Assembly (NCBI RefSeq): GCF_006345805.1
Contig: NC_042998.1
Span: 131,626,001-131,690,000 of the forward strand
Source of the DNA: Octopus sinensis
Lineage: Eukaryota
Length of the DNA stretch: 64,000 bases
Reading direction: 5' to 3'
The position numbers were made by a program, and so were the translations under genes. Under the pieces are notes generated by a model. The model was given only the letters and a program-made list of their open reading frames with translations, did not search any database and was not told where the DNA came from. The first letter of the stretch is position 1; each line of letters opens with the position of its first letter. Shown here one piece after another: positions 12,529-24,746 of the stretch.

Positions 12529-12932
12529 TACTACATGTATAAATATATTTAATGTATAGGTAACATGCACACGCCACAAAACAAACACACCCACCCACAT
12601 AACACAACAAACACATATATATGTATAATCTATAAATCATATAATATATGAATGATGCTATATATATATATATATATATCATTATACATACATACATACA
12701 TACACACACGAACATACACTGAAAGGAGAGAATGAAAAACGCTAGACAGATATTTTGTGAGATTCAAGGTCAGATACACACAGGCTTGGGGGCACACTCA
12801 TACATTCATATATGTATGAGAGTCTGTGTAGGTGTGTGTATATATATACATACACATATTTATATATATATATATTCACATGCATATATATGCATGTATG
12901 TATATACACACACACACACACCCACCCATATA

Positions 12933-12976
<44 letters not shown>

Positions 12977-13364
12977 CATAGAGAGACATAGTGAGAGAGG
13001 TAAACGTAATGGAAAATAAAGTGCAGAAGAGTGACGTCAATGAAAATGACTACGTACTACTACCCACTGAGAGTAACAATACTCTGTTAGCTAATACGTC
13101 ATTTGACAAACGGAGAGTTGCAGCATATATACATATATATATATATATTATATATATATATATATAATATATATAATATATATATATATATATATACATA
13201 TAATATGCGTGTGTATGTGGAAGAGAGAGACGTATATATATATATATGAATGTATGTATGTTTGTGGTGGTGTGAGCATGTTTATTAAATTTAATACATA
13301 TGTTATATCAATTATATCGGAATTGCATGTATATATATATATATATATAATATATTACATACAC

Positions 13365-13572
13365 ATTGATTTCAAAATTTGGCACAAGGTCATCAATTTC
13401 GCGAGTGAGAGTAAATCGATTTTATCGACCCTAGTGTCCAATTAGTACTTACTTTATTGATCCAGAAAGGGCGAAAGGCAAAGTCGACCTGGGTAGAATT
13501 TGAACGCAGAATGTGGAGATGAACTAAATGCCGCTACACATTTTGCCAGGCGCGCTAATAATCCCGCCATCT
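13365..13572 (-). mobile_element. SINE family B
   Basis: aaaggcgaaaggcaaagtcgacct...gaatttgaacgcagaa...cattttgccaggcgcgctaa. Confidence 0.75.
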
Positions 13573-13609
13573 CACTACCTTGTATATTATATTACCCACG
13601 CACACACTC

Positions 13610-13647
<38 letters not shown>

Positions 13648-13789
13648 ACGTATATACATTTACTAATATATATACATACAAGTTTTAATTGTAAGCTATT
13701 ATAAATTACCAGATTCTGATAGAAAAGTTGTTGGACATGTATGCATGAGAGTATAGACACGTTATGTGCGCTCGCCCGACTACTATACT

Positions 13790-14535
13790 GAAACTTATAG
13801 TAGGTGTGTCATATTAAATGATATTTATCTCTAGCTGGCTATGATGGAAAAGTTTGGTTTTGCAAAGTCTGTTCAAGGTGAGCACTTCAGCAGTTAACAC
13901 TCGATTTTGAAAGGGAGAAGATTAGGTGTCTAAATTGATCAACGTTTAAAGCTGACGTAGACATTTTTTGCGATCTAGTGGCAGGAGATGAAACGTGGGC
14001 TTGTTTTTAGGATCAGGAATCGAATGTTCAGGCCATGAAATTGAATTACACCTCTTTTCTAAGTTCAGTAGCCAGTGATAGACATAGAATGTCATAATGA
14101 CTGTTAAGGGGAAATTGACAATGGCGTCATTCTCTTAGATTTTCTCGCACGTGTACTGTGGACAGCGAATGTAACATTGAAACACTCAAAGAGAAACCAT
14201 TACGAGGAAGAAAACGAAACAGAATCTGAAAACTATCCTCTTTTATCGTCACAACTCGTCATCATACACATCTTTGGCAACAAATCCTGTAATCAGCAAA
14301 GTGAGATGATCAGTGGTCTTTCATCTACCACATACCTGGTGTCTGGCAACCTCCGACATCCGCTAGTCTAATGAAAGTCAGTCTTGAAGGATAAGGATTT
14401 GATGGCATAGACGAGGTGAATTCAGGTGTGAGAGAGTGGAAACAAGAGTGCTCACCTGAATTTTCTCAAAAGGAATTCGAGTGTTGGGTTCAACGATGGC
14501 TTAAATGTATTGCTTGTGATGGAGGTTATGTTTAG
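13790..14535 (+). pseudogene. Degenerate mariner transposase
   Basis: LVAGDETW at ~13975-13998, VILLDFL, an HLPHTWCLATSD (HPPYSPDLAPSD-like) segment, and C-terminal RWLKCIACDGGYV* ending at 14535. Confidence 0.75.
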
Positions 14536-14689
14536 TAGGAAATTTGTATCGAAAAGGCGTTACCCTACCTACATGTAATAATATCTTGAACGATCTGTGT
14601 ATGTTTAAGAAAATGACACTCACTTTGTCTTACTTTCGGGATAACCACATCGTATACGGTATACATTCTCTCTGTGTTTATTTCCTCGT

Positions 14690-14815
14690 GTTCCTTTCTG
14701 TTGAAGAGCGTAGGCTCGAAACGTAAAATACTTCCTCATCTTCCCGAGCGTCAAACTAATACACCTGCTTGTTGTTTATACACCTGTCTTCGTCTCTTGA
14801 TTTTCTGTAAATTTC
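14690..14815 (+). mobile_element. Second copy of the 5-130 repeat with variant hammerhead-like motif
   Basis: cttt-ctgttgaa-gagcgtaggctc-gaaa-cg-ta-aaa, then aaactaatacacctgcttgtt. Confidence 0.55.
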
Positions 14816-14849
14816 AAGTAATTTATATATATACATATATACATGTATG

Positions 14850-14948
<99 letters not shown>

Positions 14949-15069
14949 AAAAAGGGAACATCCAGACAGACGATACAAAGAAAACAAGGACGGGTCATTC
15001 GAGTTTTCTATCCTCAGTCGAGTTCTAGATTATTTTTGCAATTTCGGCTGGTTATATATATATATATAT

Positions 15070-15450
15070 ATATATACATATATACAAATATAAACACCAG
15101 TCATACAGAATACATTCCCTCACTTTAATTTTCCTATTCCTTCCTTCTCCTACCTTGATTCAACCCTTGAACTTTTTCAACGGACAATTTCTCCTGCTTT
15201 CAACCAATCCGGCGTCACCCCCTATAAATAGACATTATTTATCATTATCTTTATGGGCTCCTCGTGAGCAGTCGTCGAAAAACTTGTGCATTTTGTGGGA
15301 GAATTAAGTTCCTGGATTTTCCTGAAGAGAAAGCTGCATAATGGACTCCTTATTCATTCGGAATTAGGGACTTTGCAGACTTCGAAACATATGTCGAAAA
15401 TAAAATAAAGGAATTTTGTTAAATCTTCGTTCAGCTCCATTCTTTCCTAT
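15070..15450 (+). mobile_element. Penelope-like 3' end (pLTR) related to the 60679-62080 element
   Basis: tacaaatataaacacc resembles the ORF end tacaaatgtaaacaca at ~61640. The tail aaggaattttgttaaatcttcgttcagctccattc matches aggaattttattaacatcttcgttcaactccattc at ~62042-62076. Contains a hammerhead. Confidence 0.75.
15317..15400 (+). ncRNA. Type I hammerhead ribozyme
   Basis: UUUUC-CUGAAGA-GAAAGCUGCA...UGCAGACUUC-GAAA-CAUAUG-UC^GAAAA. 5-bp stem I, palindromic stem III, predicted cleavage after 15395. Confidence 0.85.
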
Positions 15451-15470
15451 ACTTAATATATATATATATA

Positions 15471-15553
15471 TATATAATATTTTACTATAAAATTGGATTT
15501 AATCCTAAATCTGATTTTTTCCCTGTAAATTTGGATTTATTCCTAATATTTAT

Positions 15554-15584
<31 letters not shown>

Positions 15585-15679
15585 TATATATATATAATAA
15601 ATATTAGGGAATAAATCCAATTTACAGGGAAAAAATCAGATTTAGGATTAAATCCAATTTTATAGTAAAATATTATATA
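15471..15679. repeat. ~90-bp near-perfect inverted repeat around a (TA)n spacer
   Basis: aatattttactataaaattggatttaatcctaaatctgattttttccctgtaaat... versus its reverse complement at ~15590-15679, with two 1-nt indels. Confidence 0.9.
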
Positions 15680-17255
15680 ATATTATTAGAGACAAAACCA
15701 CTATTTTGCAAAACAAACAAGGAAAGACTTAATCAATACATAAAATTTTAATAAAAAGTCAAAAAAAAAACCGCCACTACAATTGTTTCTTGTCCTGATC
15801 GACAATCTTCAGGTGGACTTCCAATCTAAAATATCAATATTTTAAAATATAAAAATAATAATTTTAAAATAATTAAAGTATTAATGAAAAATATAAATAT
15901 ATAATCTATATATAACCTATATATAATCCATATATAATCAATCAACAATTAAATATAAAGCAAAACAAAAAATAAACTATATATACACCCATACACATAT
16001 AACTAATTATATATAACCATATCTAAATACATACACTAAATCACACACCTATATATATATCCCTATACATACACATAAAAACGTCTAGGCAACGATAAAT
16101 AAATAAAATAACCAAATACTTCAACACAATACTTATTCATACTCCCTCACACACACATACAACCCACATTCCCGCTCTAGAAACGAACATCATTTAAAAT
16201 TATGAATGGAGAAATGGAATAAATGGAATTAAAAATTATATTCACTTGGTAAAACGAACATTACTTAAAAATTATGAATGAAATAATGTAATAAAATAAC
16301 AGACGTCGTAAATAGACATAAATTACTACGAATTCTTTAATAAAACTACCATGATAAACTAAAACTCATAAAAACATATAATGATAAAATCTCCCTTTAC
16401 TAAACTCTAAACATACCTATATAGCAATCCCCCTAAACTAAACATTCACACACAAATACACACACGTAAAACACACACCCACGACATATACAAATACCAC
16501 CTCACTCACACATACCTATACATACATATAAACCTCAATATATACTCCAAAACCCCACTCAACCCCACACAGATAAATAAACACATACATCCCCAAACCT
16601 ATATAGCAAACCCATAAACACATTCACACACAAATATACATACGTAAAACACACACCATATACATATACATACTCACTAAACTCTATATATACAACATAT
16701 TTAACACACCCACACTCATACAGATAAATAAATTATACAACTAAAATACGCACACACTCACACACAATCCCACATACATAAACACTCCAAGAAAAACAAC
16801 ATTATTACACATAATACGATATATAAAATACATCGTAAGTAACCAGAATATCAAAAATAACAATATGACAAAGGAGAAATAATATACATACTTTCAAGTC
16901 AGTTTAAAATTATGAAGTGAATTAAAAATTCTAAGCCGTTAAAAACATCAAACCAAAATTACGTTACCATAGGAACCTAACATATGTATAAAAAGAATAC
17001 GCGCTATGGAAGCAAACGTCATTTAAAATTATGAATGGAGAAATAGAATAAATGGAATTAAAAATTATATTCACGCGGTAAACTAACATTATTTTAAAAA
17101 ATTATGAATGGATTCTTTAATCAAACTACCATGATAAATTAAAACTCATAAAAACATAAATGATAAAACCTCCCTTTATTAAAATTTTATGTATTGATTA
17201 AGTCTTTCCTTGTTTGTTTTGCAAAATAGTGGTTTTGTCTCTAATAATATTATAT
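15665..17255 (-). mobile_element. Non-coding Penelope-like (retrozyme-like) element with inverted termini
   Basis: ~85-bp inverted termini (15665-15750 vs 17180-17255), internal direct repeats (16190-16390 vs 17020-17180), a hammerhead at 15774-15816, and no ORF. Confidence 0.65.
15774..15816 (-). ncRNA. Minimal type I hammerhead ribozyme
   Basis: CCAC-CUGAAGA-UUGUC(GAUCAG)GACAA-GAAA-CAAUUG-UA^GUGG. Confidence 0.8.
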
Positions 17256-17322
17256 ATATATATATATACATATATACATACATACATACATACATAACAT
17301 ACATACATACATACATACATAC

Positions 17323-17353
<31 letters not shown>

Positions 17354-17439
17354 GTGTGGGAGGGTGTAATTATGCATGTATGTGCGTATGCGCATGTGTG
17401 TGCGTCTGTCTGTGTGTCTTTGCATTCATATCACGTATG

Positions 17440-17481
<42 letters not shown>

Positions 17482-18281
17482 ACGAGCTCCTCTTCAATTT
17501 TGCTCCTTTGCTCGCAATATGTCCTCTTCCTTCTTTTCTCAGGCGATGTTCTTATGCAGAAACTGCGTGCATTGCTGTTTGTGTAACTATATAAATGTCA
17601 GTGTGTAGGCGTGCGTGATTATGCGTATGCAGGTGTATGTAAAGGTGTGTGCGCATGAGTTTTTGTGTGTACGTGTGCGAGTGCGTGTATGAATAAGCGC
17701 ACGCCCGTGTAGTCTTAGTTGAGCATATTTGTATGTATTTATAACTGTATCCGTGTTTAGGTTGGTCTGTGTAGATATGCACATATATGCGAGCGACTGT
17801 ATGAGTGGGTCCAATTGTGCACCAATGCGTGGGTGTTGCATTTTCTTTTCACTTATTGTTTTCTCTCTCCCTTTCACTCTCCCCCTCTCTTACTCTTTAT
17901 CTTGCTTTCTCGCTTTTCTTTTCTCTTCGTCCACTTCTCCATCCCACACTCTCCCTCTCTCACAGTATTTTCCTCTCTGTATCTCCTTGTTATATCTTAT
18001 ATTTCTATGTTATCCTCTTCTCGTTTACTCTCTCGTTATTTCCTCTTGCCCTTTGTCTTTTCCTTCGAATCTCAGTAGGAATTTTTTTTTCTTCGGCTCT
18101 TTTCACCGATTTTTCCCTATCACACCCTCTCCCTTGTGATGACGATGCCGAAACTCAGGATAAAGTAGGACGTAGCGATGACGATTGTGATGACAGCGTC
18201 GATAATGTCAATGATGAAGAATATAACCAGAAATAAAGGCCACGACGATAGTAACTACGGTGATGATGATGATGATGATGC

Positions 18282-18320
<39 letters not shown>

Positions 18321-18487
18321 CGGCAGCAACGGATCATCCTTGTCATAATCGATCTGTTCATCATGTCATTCTTCTGTCTATTCACCTCTCTGCTTCTCCC
18401 TCTTTCTTTCTCTCTCTCTCTCTCTCTCTCTCAATTTCTCGCTTTCTCTCTTCTCTCTCTATACACAAACACACACATATATGTATG

Positions 18488-18527
<40 letters not shown>

Positions 18528-18566
18528 ATATTTGGGGATGGTCATGTTTTTTGCCAATTATATATG

Positions 18567-18650
<84 letters not shown>

Positions 18651-19526
18651 AAGAGAGAGAGAGACATAGATAGATAGATATACACATATATACATTTATT
18701 CATACATACATATATAAATATGTATATGTACACATATATACACACATATATGTAATATACTATATATACAGATATAATTATCGTCCTATTTATGTTTTTA
18801 ACCACCTCCTTCCCTCTTCTAAAACTCCCCTCTTTCTTCCTTCCTCTCTTTTCGTCTTACTCACTCTCCCTCCCACTGACATTATATCCGTTCTTCCCCA
18901 CCTGCCTCTATCATCACGGCGGCCACCATTTTCCATTCCACCACAGCCACCACCATCATCCACCATCCAGTTTTGCTATTTCGTTTCCATTTGTTATCTG
19001 ACTGCTTTGTCAGTCTGTCTGTCAGTCTGTCAGTCTGTCAATCTGTCAGTCTGTCTGCTTGTCTGTCTTTCTTCCTGTCGGTATATATCTACCTATCTTT
19101 CTCATTTTAATTATTTGTGTCCTCCCCGCCACCGCCGCCACCACAACGCCTAAAATTATCTCTTTGTCTGTCTGTCTGTCTGTCTTGTATTTTGTTTGAA
19201 CCCACTATCTCACATCCTACATACGCAATATTTGCAACACACACACACACACACACACATACACACACACATACAAACATACACAAGAATGCAATCTAGC
19301 ATTGCTAACCTATATTTATTCAGATCGATCGCAAGATACTGACAGACAGAAAGACTGACAGACAGACGTAGTCAGTCAGTCAATCAAACAAATGGATAAG
19401 CAGACAGACGTATACATAGAGAAAATATAGTTAAGCAGACAGTTGGATTCAGCAAAATCTATCCGGCAGGCAGGCAGGCAGTTACTGTCAGAGTGACCGC
19501 TGGGTAGACGGGCAGACAGACCAACG

Positions 19527-19577
<51 letters not shown>

Positions 19578-19578
<1 letters not shown>

Positions 19579-19744
19579 TGTTTCTTTATTAGCCACACAG
19601 GGCTGCACACAGATAGAACAAATTACAAGGTAGAGCTTTTCTTTTGAAGGTATTAAAAAAAAAAAAAAAAAAAAAAAAGGAAGGGGAGGTTCGATCAAAA
19701 GGGATCGTAAAAGGAGAGAAAGAGGACAAAAATAAGTGGGGTTG

Positions 19745-19780
<36 letters not shown>

Positions 19781-21439
19781 GGAGAGGAAAAAAAAATGAT
19801 CAATAGGGATCGTTATCACAGAATGTCAATATGAAGTGTAAAGGGGAGGACAGGTGAGGTTTACCCGTGGAAAGAAAAGCCTGCGGAAAAGACCACGGTA
19901 ACCTCGGTCAATGAAGTCACATTTTATATTTCTTTTTTTTTTTTTTTTTTTTTGCAAATAAGCAACTCTCTGTTTTCGATTTCTGGGTTCATAGGACTAT
20001 GCTCAAGGTGGCTTCGTCATTCATACGTGCCATTCTTGCTACATTCACCCATCTTTTTTTAAAACATTCGCTAGACAAAACTTGCCTCTCTACTCTCACT
20101 TCCTTTTCAAGTGGTACTTGAAGAAGTTGATGAGAGATTGACCAGAGAGGAAAGTGTTTGTCTCCAATCCTTTCAGACGCGTCCACCAGATACATTCTTT
20201 CGCCATAGCCACAAGGATGATGAAAATAGCTCTTCCTTCCCGTTTGAAGGAAGGAGGCGTGACAATATTGACGATAGACTCAGCTGATAAACCGACTCGT
20301 CCACACGTGACAGCAGTTGTTCGACATAAGCCCACAGGTCGGAAATTGTTGGACACTGAACGAGTGCGTGCAGAACGGTTTCGTCGCTCTGACCGCATCT
20401 CGGGCAGGTCGGCCCCGTGTTTCTCGAGCCGTGTCTGTAGAGCTTATCCCGAACGGGTAGCGCTTCTCGGTAGCACTGCCAGGCCAGGGATCTCTGGAAG
20501 TTGTCCATGGGCCCTGGCCCGAAAGTCGTCCCGAACAGGCGGGTCAGGTACTCCTCGTCGACGTCCAGGTTCGCCCCGAGCTCGTCGTCGTACCTCCCCT
20601 CCACTAAACCCCTATAGAATGCTTTGGTTGTGTTGAAGTCACTTAAGGTCGACCCAGGACGGCAGAGTTGCTTGAGAGCAACGCGACACTCGCGGTGCCA
20701 TTCGCCCTTCCTCGGCCTCTTTTTGATCCACGACTGCAGTTCGGTCATGGAGACGAGCTGCGGGAAAGCGTGCCTCACAAACGGCGACCACACCTGTTCA
20801 CCGTCGTCTACATAGAGCCAGAGATGTCGCAGTCTCAGCGCGTGTCTGCGCATCATCAACCACGGCATGCCCAGCCCTCCTTTTAACGGGTGTTGACAGC
20901 AAATGGATCGCCTGACCATCGGGACGCATCCTTTCCACAAGAAGCGAAAGAGGATGCGTTGTAGTTTGGTGATGGTAGGGTCGGGACAAGGTACGACGGT
21001 CAGGCGGTAGTAGATGACGGACGCGATGTACGTGTTCGCCACCTCCGCTCGACCTTTTAGGGACAGTTTCCTCTCGGCCCATTGCCGGGCGAGAGTGACC
21101 ACCCTACTCGTTATCTCGTTCCAGTTCTTCTCCACTTGGAGGTCCGGACCAAACCAGACCCCGAGCAACTCAACCGGGCCGTCGGTCCAGCGTCCCACGA
21201 CGGAGGCGCTGGTGGACGGCATGGGCTTGCTTCTCCAGGTGCCTAGTCGCAAGCCCACTGACTTTTCCCGGTTGATTTTCGCTCCTGTCACCGCTTCGTA
21301 GTTTTTCAGTGTCTCGCCGACCAGCTCGATGTGCTCGTGGCTAGACACTATGACGGTGACGTCGTCCGCGTATGCAGACACGCTCGTCCCGCATCCCAAT
21401 TCTCGCGGGATGCCCCTTAGAGTCGCCAGCTTCCGCAAC
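19578..21439 (-). mobile_element. Tx1/L1-clade LINE, 3' segment: RT C-terminal half, zinc knuckle and 3' UTR
   Basis: LRKLATLRGIPRELGCGTSVSAYADD (YADD at 21372-21361) and CPRCGQSDETVLHALVQC. Two frameshifts near 20300 and 20100, stop at 19989, T-rich UTR ending aataaagaaacat, then (ATCT)n. Confidence 0.92.
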
Positions 21440-23599
21440 CACCAGACCACATCAAAATAATACACATCTCCAAAAGTCTGCACCACATACTCAAAGGCAT
21501 TTTCCCCAGTGCGGTTGGTAAATGCCAAAAATATCTCACAAAGAAACTGTACTGGGATCTTCTCGAGGACAAACCAACGGAGGAGAAAGCAAAAACTTTC
21601 GAGCAGTAAGTAACCCTCTGTATTCTAATTCATTAGAACTATGATCAAGATTGGTTGTGTAAATGCGCGTGGCTTGGGGTCCCCTTGGAAACAAGGGTAC
21701 CTCTTAAATGACATAAGTCACATAAGTTAGAAATCATAGCCATAAGCGAGACCAGACTCCACAATCCGCGGGCCCTAAAGACCATGTTTGGCGGACAGTT
21801 CAACATTTATTTTTCCCCCTGTCTGCCGAGAATGGGCGGTAGTGGCACCGCGGTACTTTTTCACAAGAGTCTGGATCTCAATGTAAGGACAATATTCGTA
21901 GACCCGGAGGGTAGACTGGTCGTCCTGGATGTCGACGGCAGCAATGGGTGCGCTTTTCGGCTCGTATCAGTTTACGCACCGCCCTTAACAGGTCGGGCGG
22001 ATTTCTTTCAACGTCTAGAAGTTTTCTTGGGAACGTCTCGTCCTTTACTCTTGGTGGGGGATTGGAATGCTACCTTGGACACGCATGTAGACTACGTGGG
22101 TAGAGATAGGAATAGACGGGGATGCAAATGCCTCAGAGACCTGCTCAGACGCTTTCAACTGTCTGACAGGTTTCGACTAGACCACCCGAATGCGCCAACG
22201 TGGACATGGAGCAACCGCATCGGGTCGTCGAGATCGTATCTAGATAGGATACTGTGTAGGACAGTAGATAGAGATAGCATAGGATGTCCACAATTCCACA
22301 TAGTCAGCTACACGGATCACAAACTTGTGACATGTACGCTAGACTTAGGTAAGACACTTAGGCAGGGTCCCGGATACTGGAAACTAAACGCGTCTTTCCC
22401 ATCGAGACAAGTTTTCAGAGACCGGATTAGCACACTAGTAAAGAGGGCTTTGACGGGAGCCATCATCAACAACAAATGGTGGTTTGCCCTCAAGAGAGCA
22501 GTAAAAGCAGAAGCGATTAGGTACAGCAAAGCACTAGCCATAGATAGAAATAGAGTAGAGGATGAGCTAGTTAAGAAGCTAGAAGAGGCAATTAGAAGCG
22601 GCATCGCATCCGACGTTTTGGCGGCGAGGTTGGCCCTCGACCAACACTTCAACGCCAAACACGAAGGATGTGCTGTCAGAGCTAGGATGCGTGCTCTAAG
22701 GAACGAAGGTGTTGGAGCCGCGAGAGAGGCCCGGGTGGCAGAGGCGCAACAGGGCAACAAAGCCACCATTCGGTCACTGGTAGATGAACAGGGGCGCGAA
22801 TTGCTCGAGCCAAGTAAAATGTGTGAGGCCTTTCAGCAGCATTTTGCCCGACTGTTCGGAACGAGTGGAGGGCAAGAACGTAGGGTGGACTTCAGTGCCT
22901 ACCTACATAGCCTACCACGACTCTCGACAAGAAAGGCAGGGTGCTGCGAAGGTGCCATCACGGCGGCGGAAGTGCGGGAAGCGATGGCAGAATGCTCGAG
23001 GGACAAATCACCGGGTTTGGATGGTCTACCCTACGAGCTTTACAATTGTATGCCAGACTTGTTTGGAGATCTCTTGGCGGCGGTGTACTGCAACTGGCAG
23101 CAAAACGGGAGCATTCCTGGTTTTGTGAGCCGAGGAGCCGTAACACTGCTGAAGAAAGATCTAAACAAGGGAAATGTAATAGATAACTTTAGGCCCATCA
23201 CTCTGCTTAATGCAGACTTGAAAATTTTGGCCAAGGTGCTAGCCAAGAGGTTGGCGCTTGTCATCGAGAAACTGGTCGACAAGGCGCAAACATGCGCCGT
23301 GCCAGGCCGGACCATCCATGACAACCTCCATCTGATGCGCTACATCATAGACAGGGTAGTTAACGAACCTGGCATGGGTGGGGCCCTGATCAACTTGGAT
23401 CAATCAAAAGCCTTTGATAGGGTAGACCATCGATACTTGGAGGCAGTCCTGAGAGCGGCTGGTTTCGGTCCCGTCTTCCGCGGCTGGATAGCTGCCTTGT
23501 ACAGGGGCATCCGTTCGGTAATTCGCGTAAATGGACATCTATCGAGACCTTTCGACATTGCACGTTCGGTCCGTCAGGGATGCCCCCTCTCGGCGCTTC
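21440..23599 (+). mobile_element. Same LINE, inverted 5' segment: ORF1 end plus ORF2 APE endonuclease and RT N-terminal half
   Basis: ORF1 remnant ends ...EEKAKTFEQ* at 21608. ORF2 starts at ATG 21641 (MIKIGCVNARGL..ISET, one frameshift), then [67 protein letters not shown]. Confidence 0.95.

Positions 23600-23604
<5 letters not shown>
21784..23604 (+). pseudogene. Uninterrupted 606-aa part of LINE ORF2 (APE endonuclease plus reverse transcriptase to the QG motif)
   Basis: ORF track protein with APE and RT motifs. It runs into (GATA)n before YADD, so it cannot encode a complete RT. Confidence 0.9.
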
Positions 23605-23677
<73 letters not shown>

Positions 23678-23706
23678 CAGACAGACTGATAGATGGATAG
23701 ATAGAT

Positions 23707-23766
<60 letters not shown>

Positions 23767-23813
23767 CATACATACATACATACATACATACATACATACA
23801 TACATAGATAGAT

Positions 23814-23979
23814 ATGTTTCTTTATTAGCCACAAAGGGCTGCACACAGACAGGACAAAATTACAAGGTAGAGCTTTTCTTTTGGGGGTAAAAGAAGGGGT
23901 TTGGTTTTCGATCAAAAGGGATCGTAAATGGAAAGAAAGAGGACAAAAAAGGGGGGGATAAAATAAAATTTAAAAAAAA
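23814..23979 (-). mobile_element. 3'-end-only copy of the Tx1-like LINE
   Basis: atgtttctttattagccacaaagggctgcacacaga...caaaagggatcgtaaa matches 19578-19740. Flanked by GATA repeats. Confidence 0.85.
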
Positions 23980-23988
23980 GATAGATAT

Positions 23989-24039
<51 letters not shown>

Positions 24040-24101
24040 CATACATACATACATACTACATACATACATACATACATACATACATACATACATACATAGA
24101 T

Positions 24102-24265
24102 ATGTTTCTTTATTAGCCACAAAGGGCTGCACACAGACAGGACAAAATTACAAGGTAGAGCTTTTCTTTTGGGGGTAAAAGAAGGGGGTTTGGTTTTCGA
24201 TCAAAAGGGATCGTAAATGGAAAGAAAGAGGACAAAAAAGGGGGGGATAAAATAAAATTTAAAAA

Positions 24266-24268
<3 letters not shown>
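24102..24268 (-). mobile_element. Second 3'-end-only copy of the Tx1-like LINE
   Basis: Nearly identical to 23814-23979. Confidence 0.85.
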
Positions 24269-24346
<78 letters not shown>

Positions 24347-24696
24347 CAGACATACAGACAGACAGATAGACAGACAGATAGATAGATAGATCTTTTGTTG
24401 CTAAAAATGGTTATAAATATGTTTGTGTATTTGTAATATGCTTACATACTGATATATAACACTACTAAAGGTATATATACATACATATATGTATGTGTAT
24501 GTGTGTATGTATATATTTGCATGTCTATATGTATCTGTTTATTTGCGTGTTTATATATATATATATGTAAATATAAATACATATAGATACGTGGGTACAT
24601 TCAAGCAGCAAGATGCATATATGAGTGTGTGTGTATGTATGTGTCTGTGTGTGAGTGTGTGTGTGTGTGTGAGTGTGTGTGTGTGTGAGTGTGTGT

Positions 24697-24746
<50 letters not shown>

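Noticed and set aside
20173-21528. 451-aa minus-strand ORF as a real gene
   Set aside because: Its first ~30 residues come from the antisense of ORF1 across the inversion junction, and its end is out of frame after a frameshift.
20154-23324. ORFs antisense or out of frame to the LINE (20154-20636, 22317-22769, 23040-23324 and others)
   Set aside because: Shadow ORFs of GC-richer LINE coding sequence.
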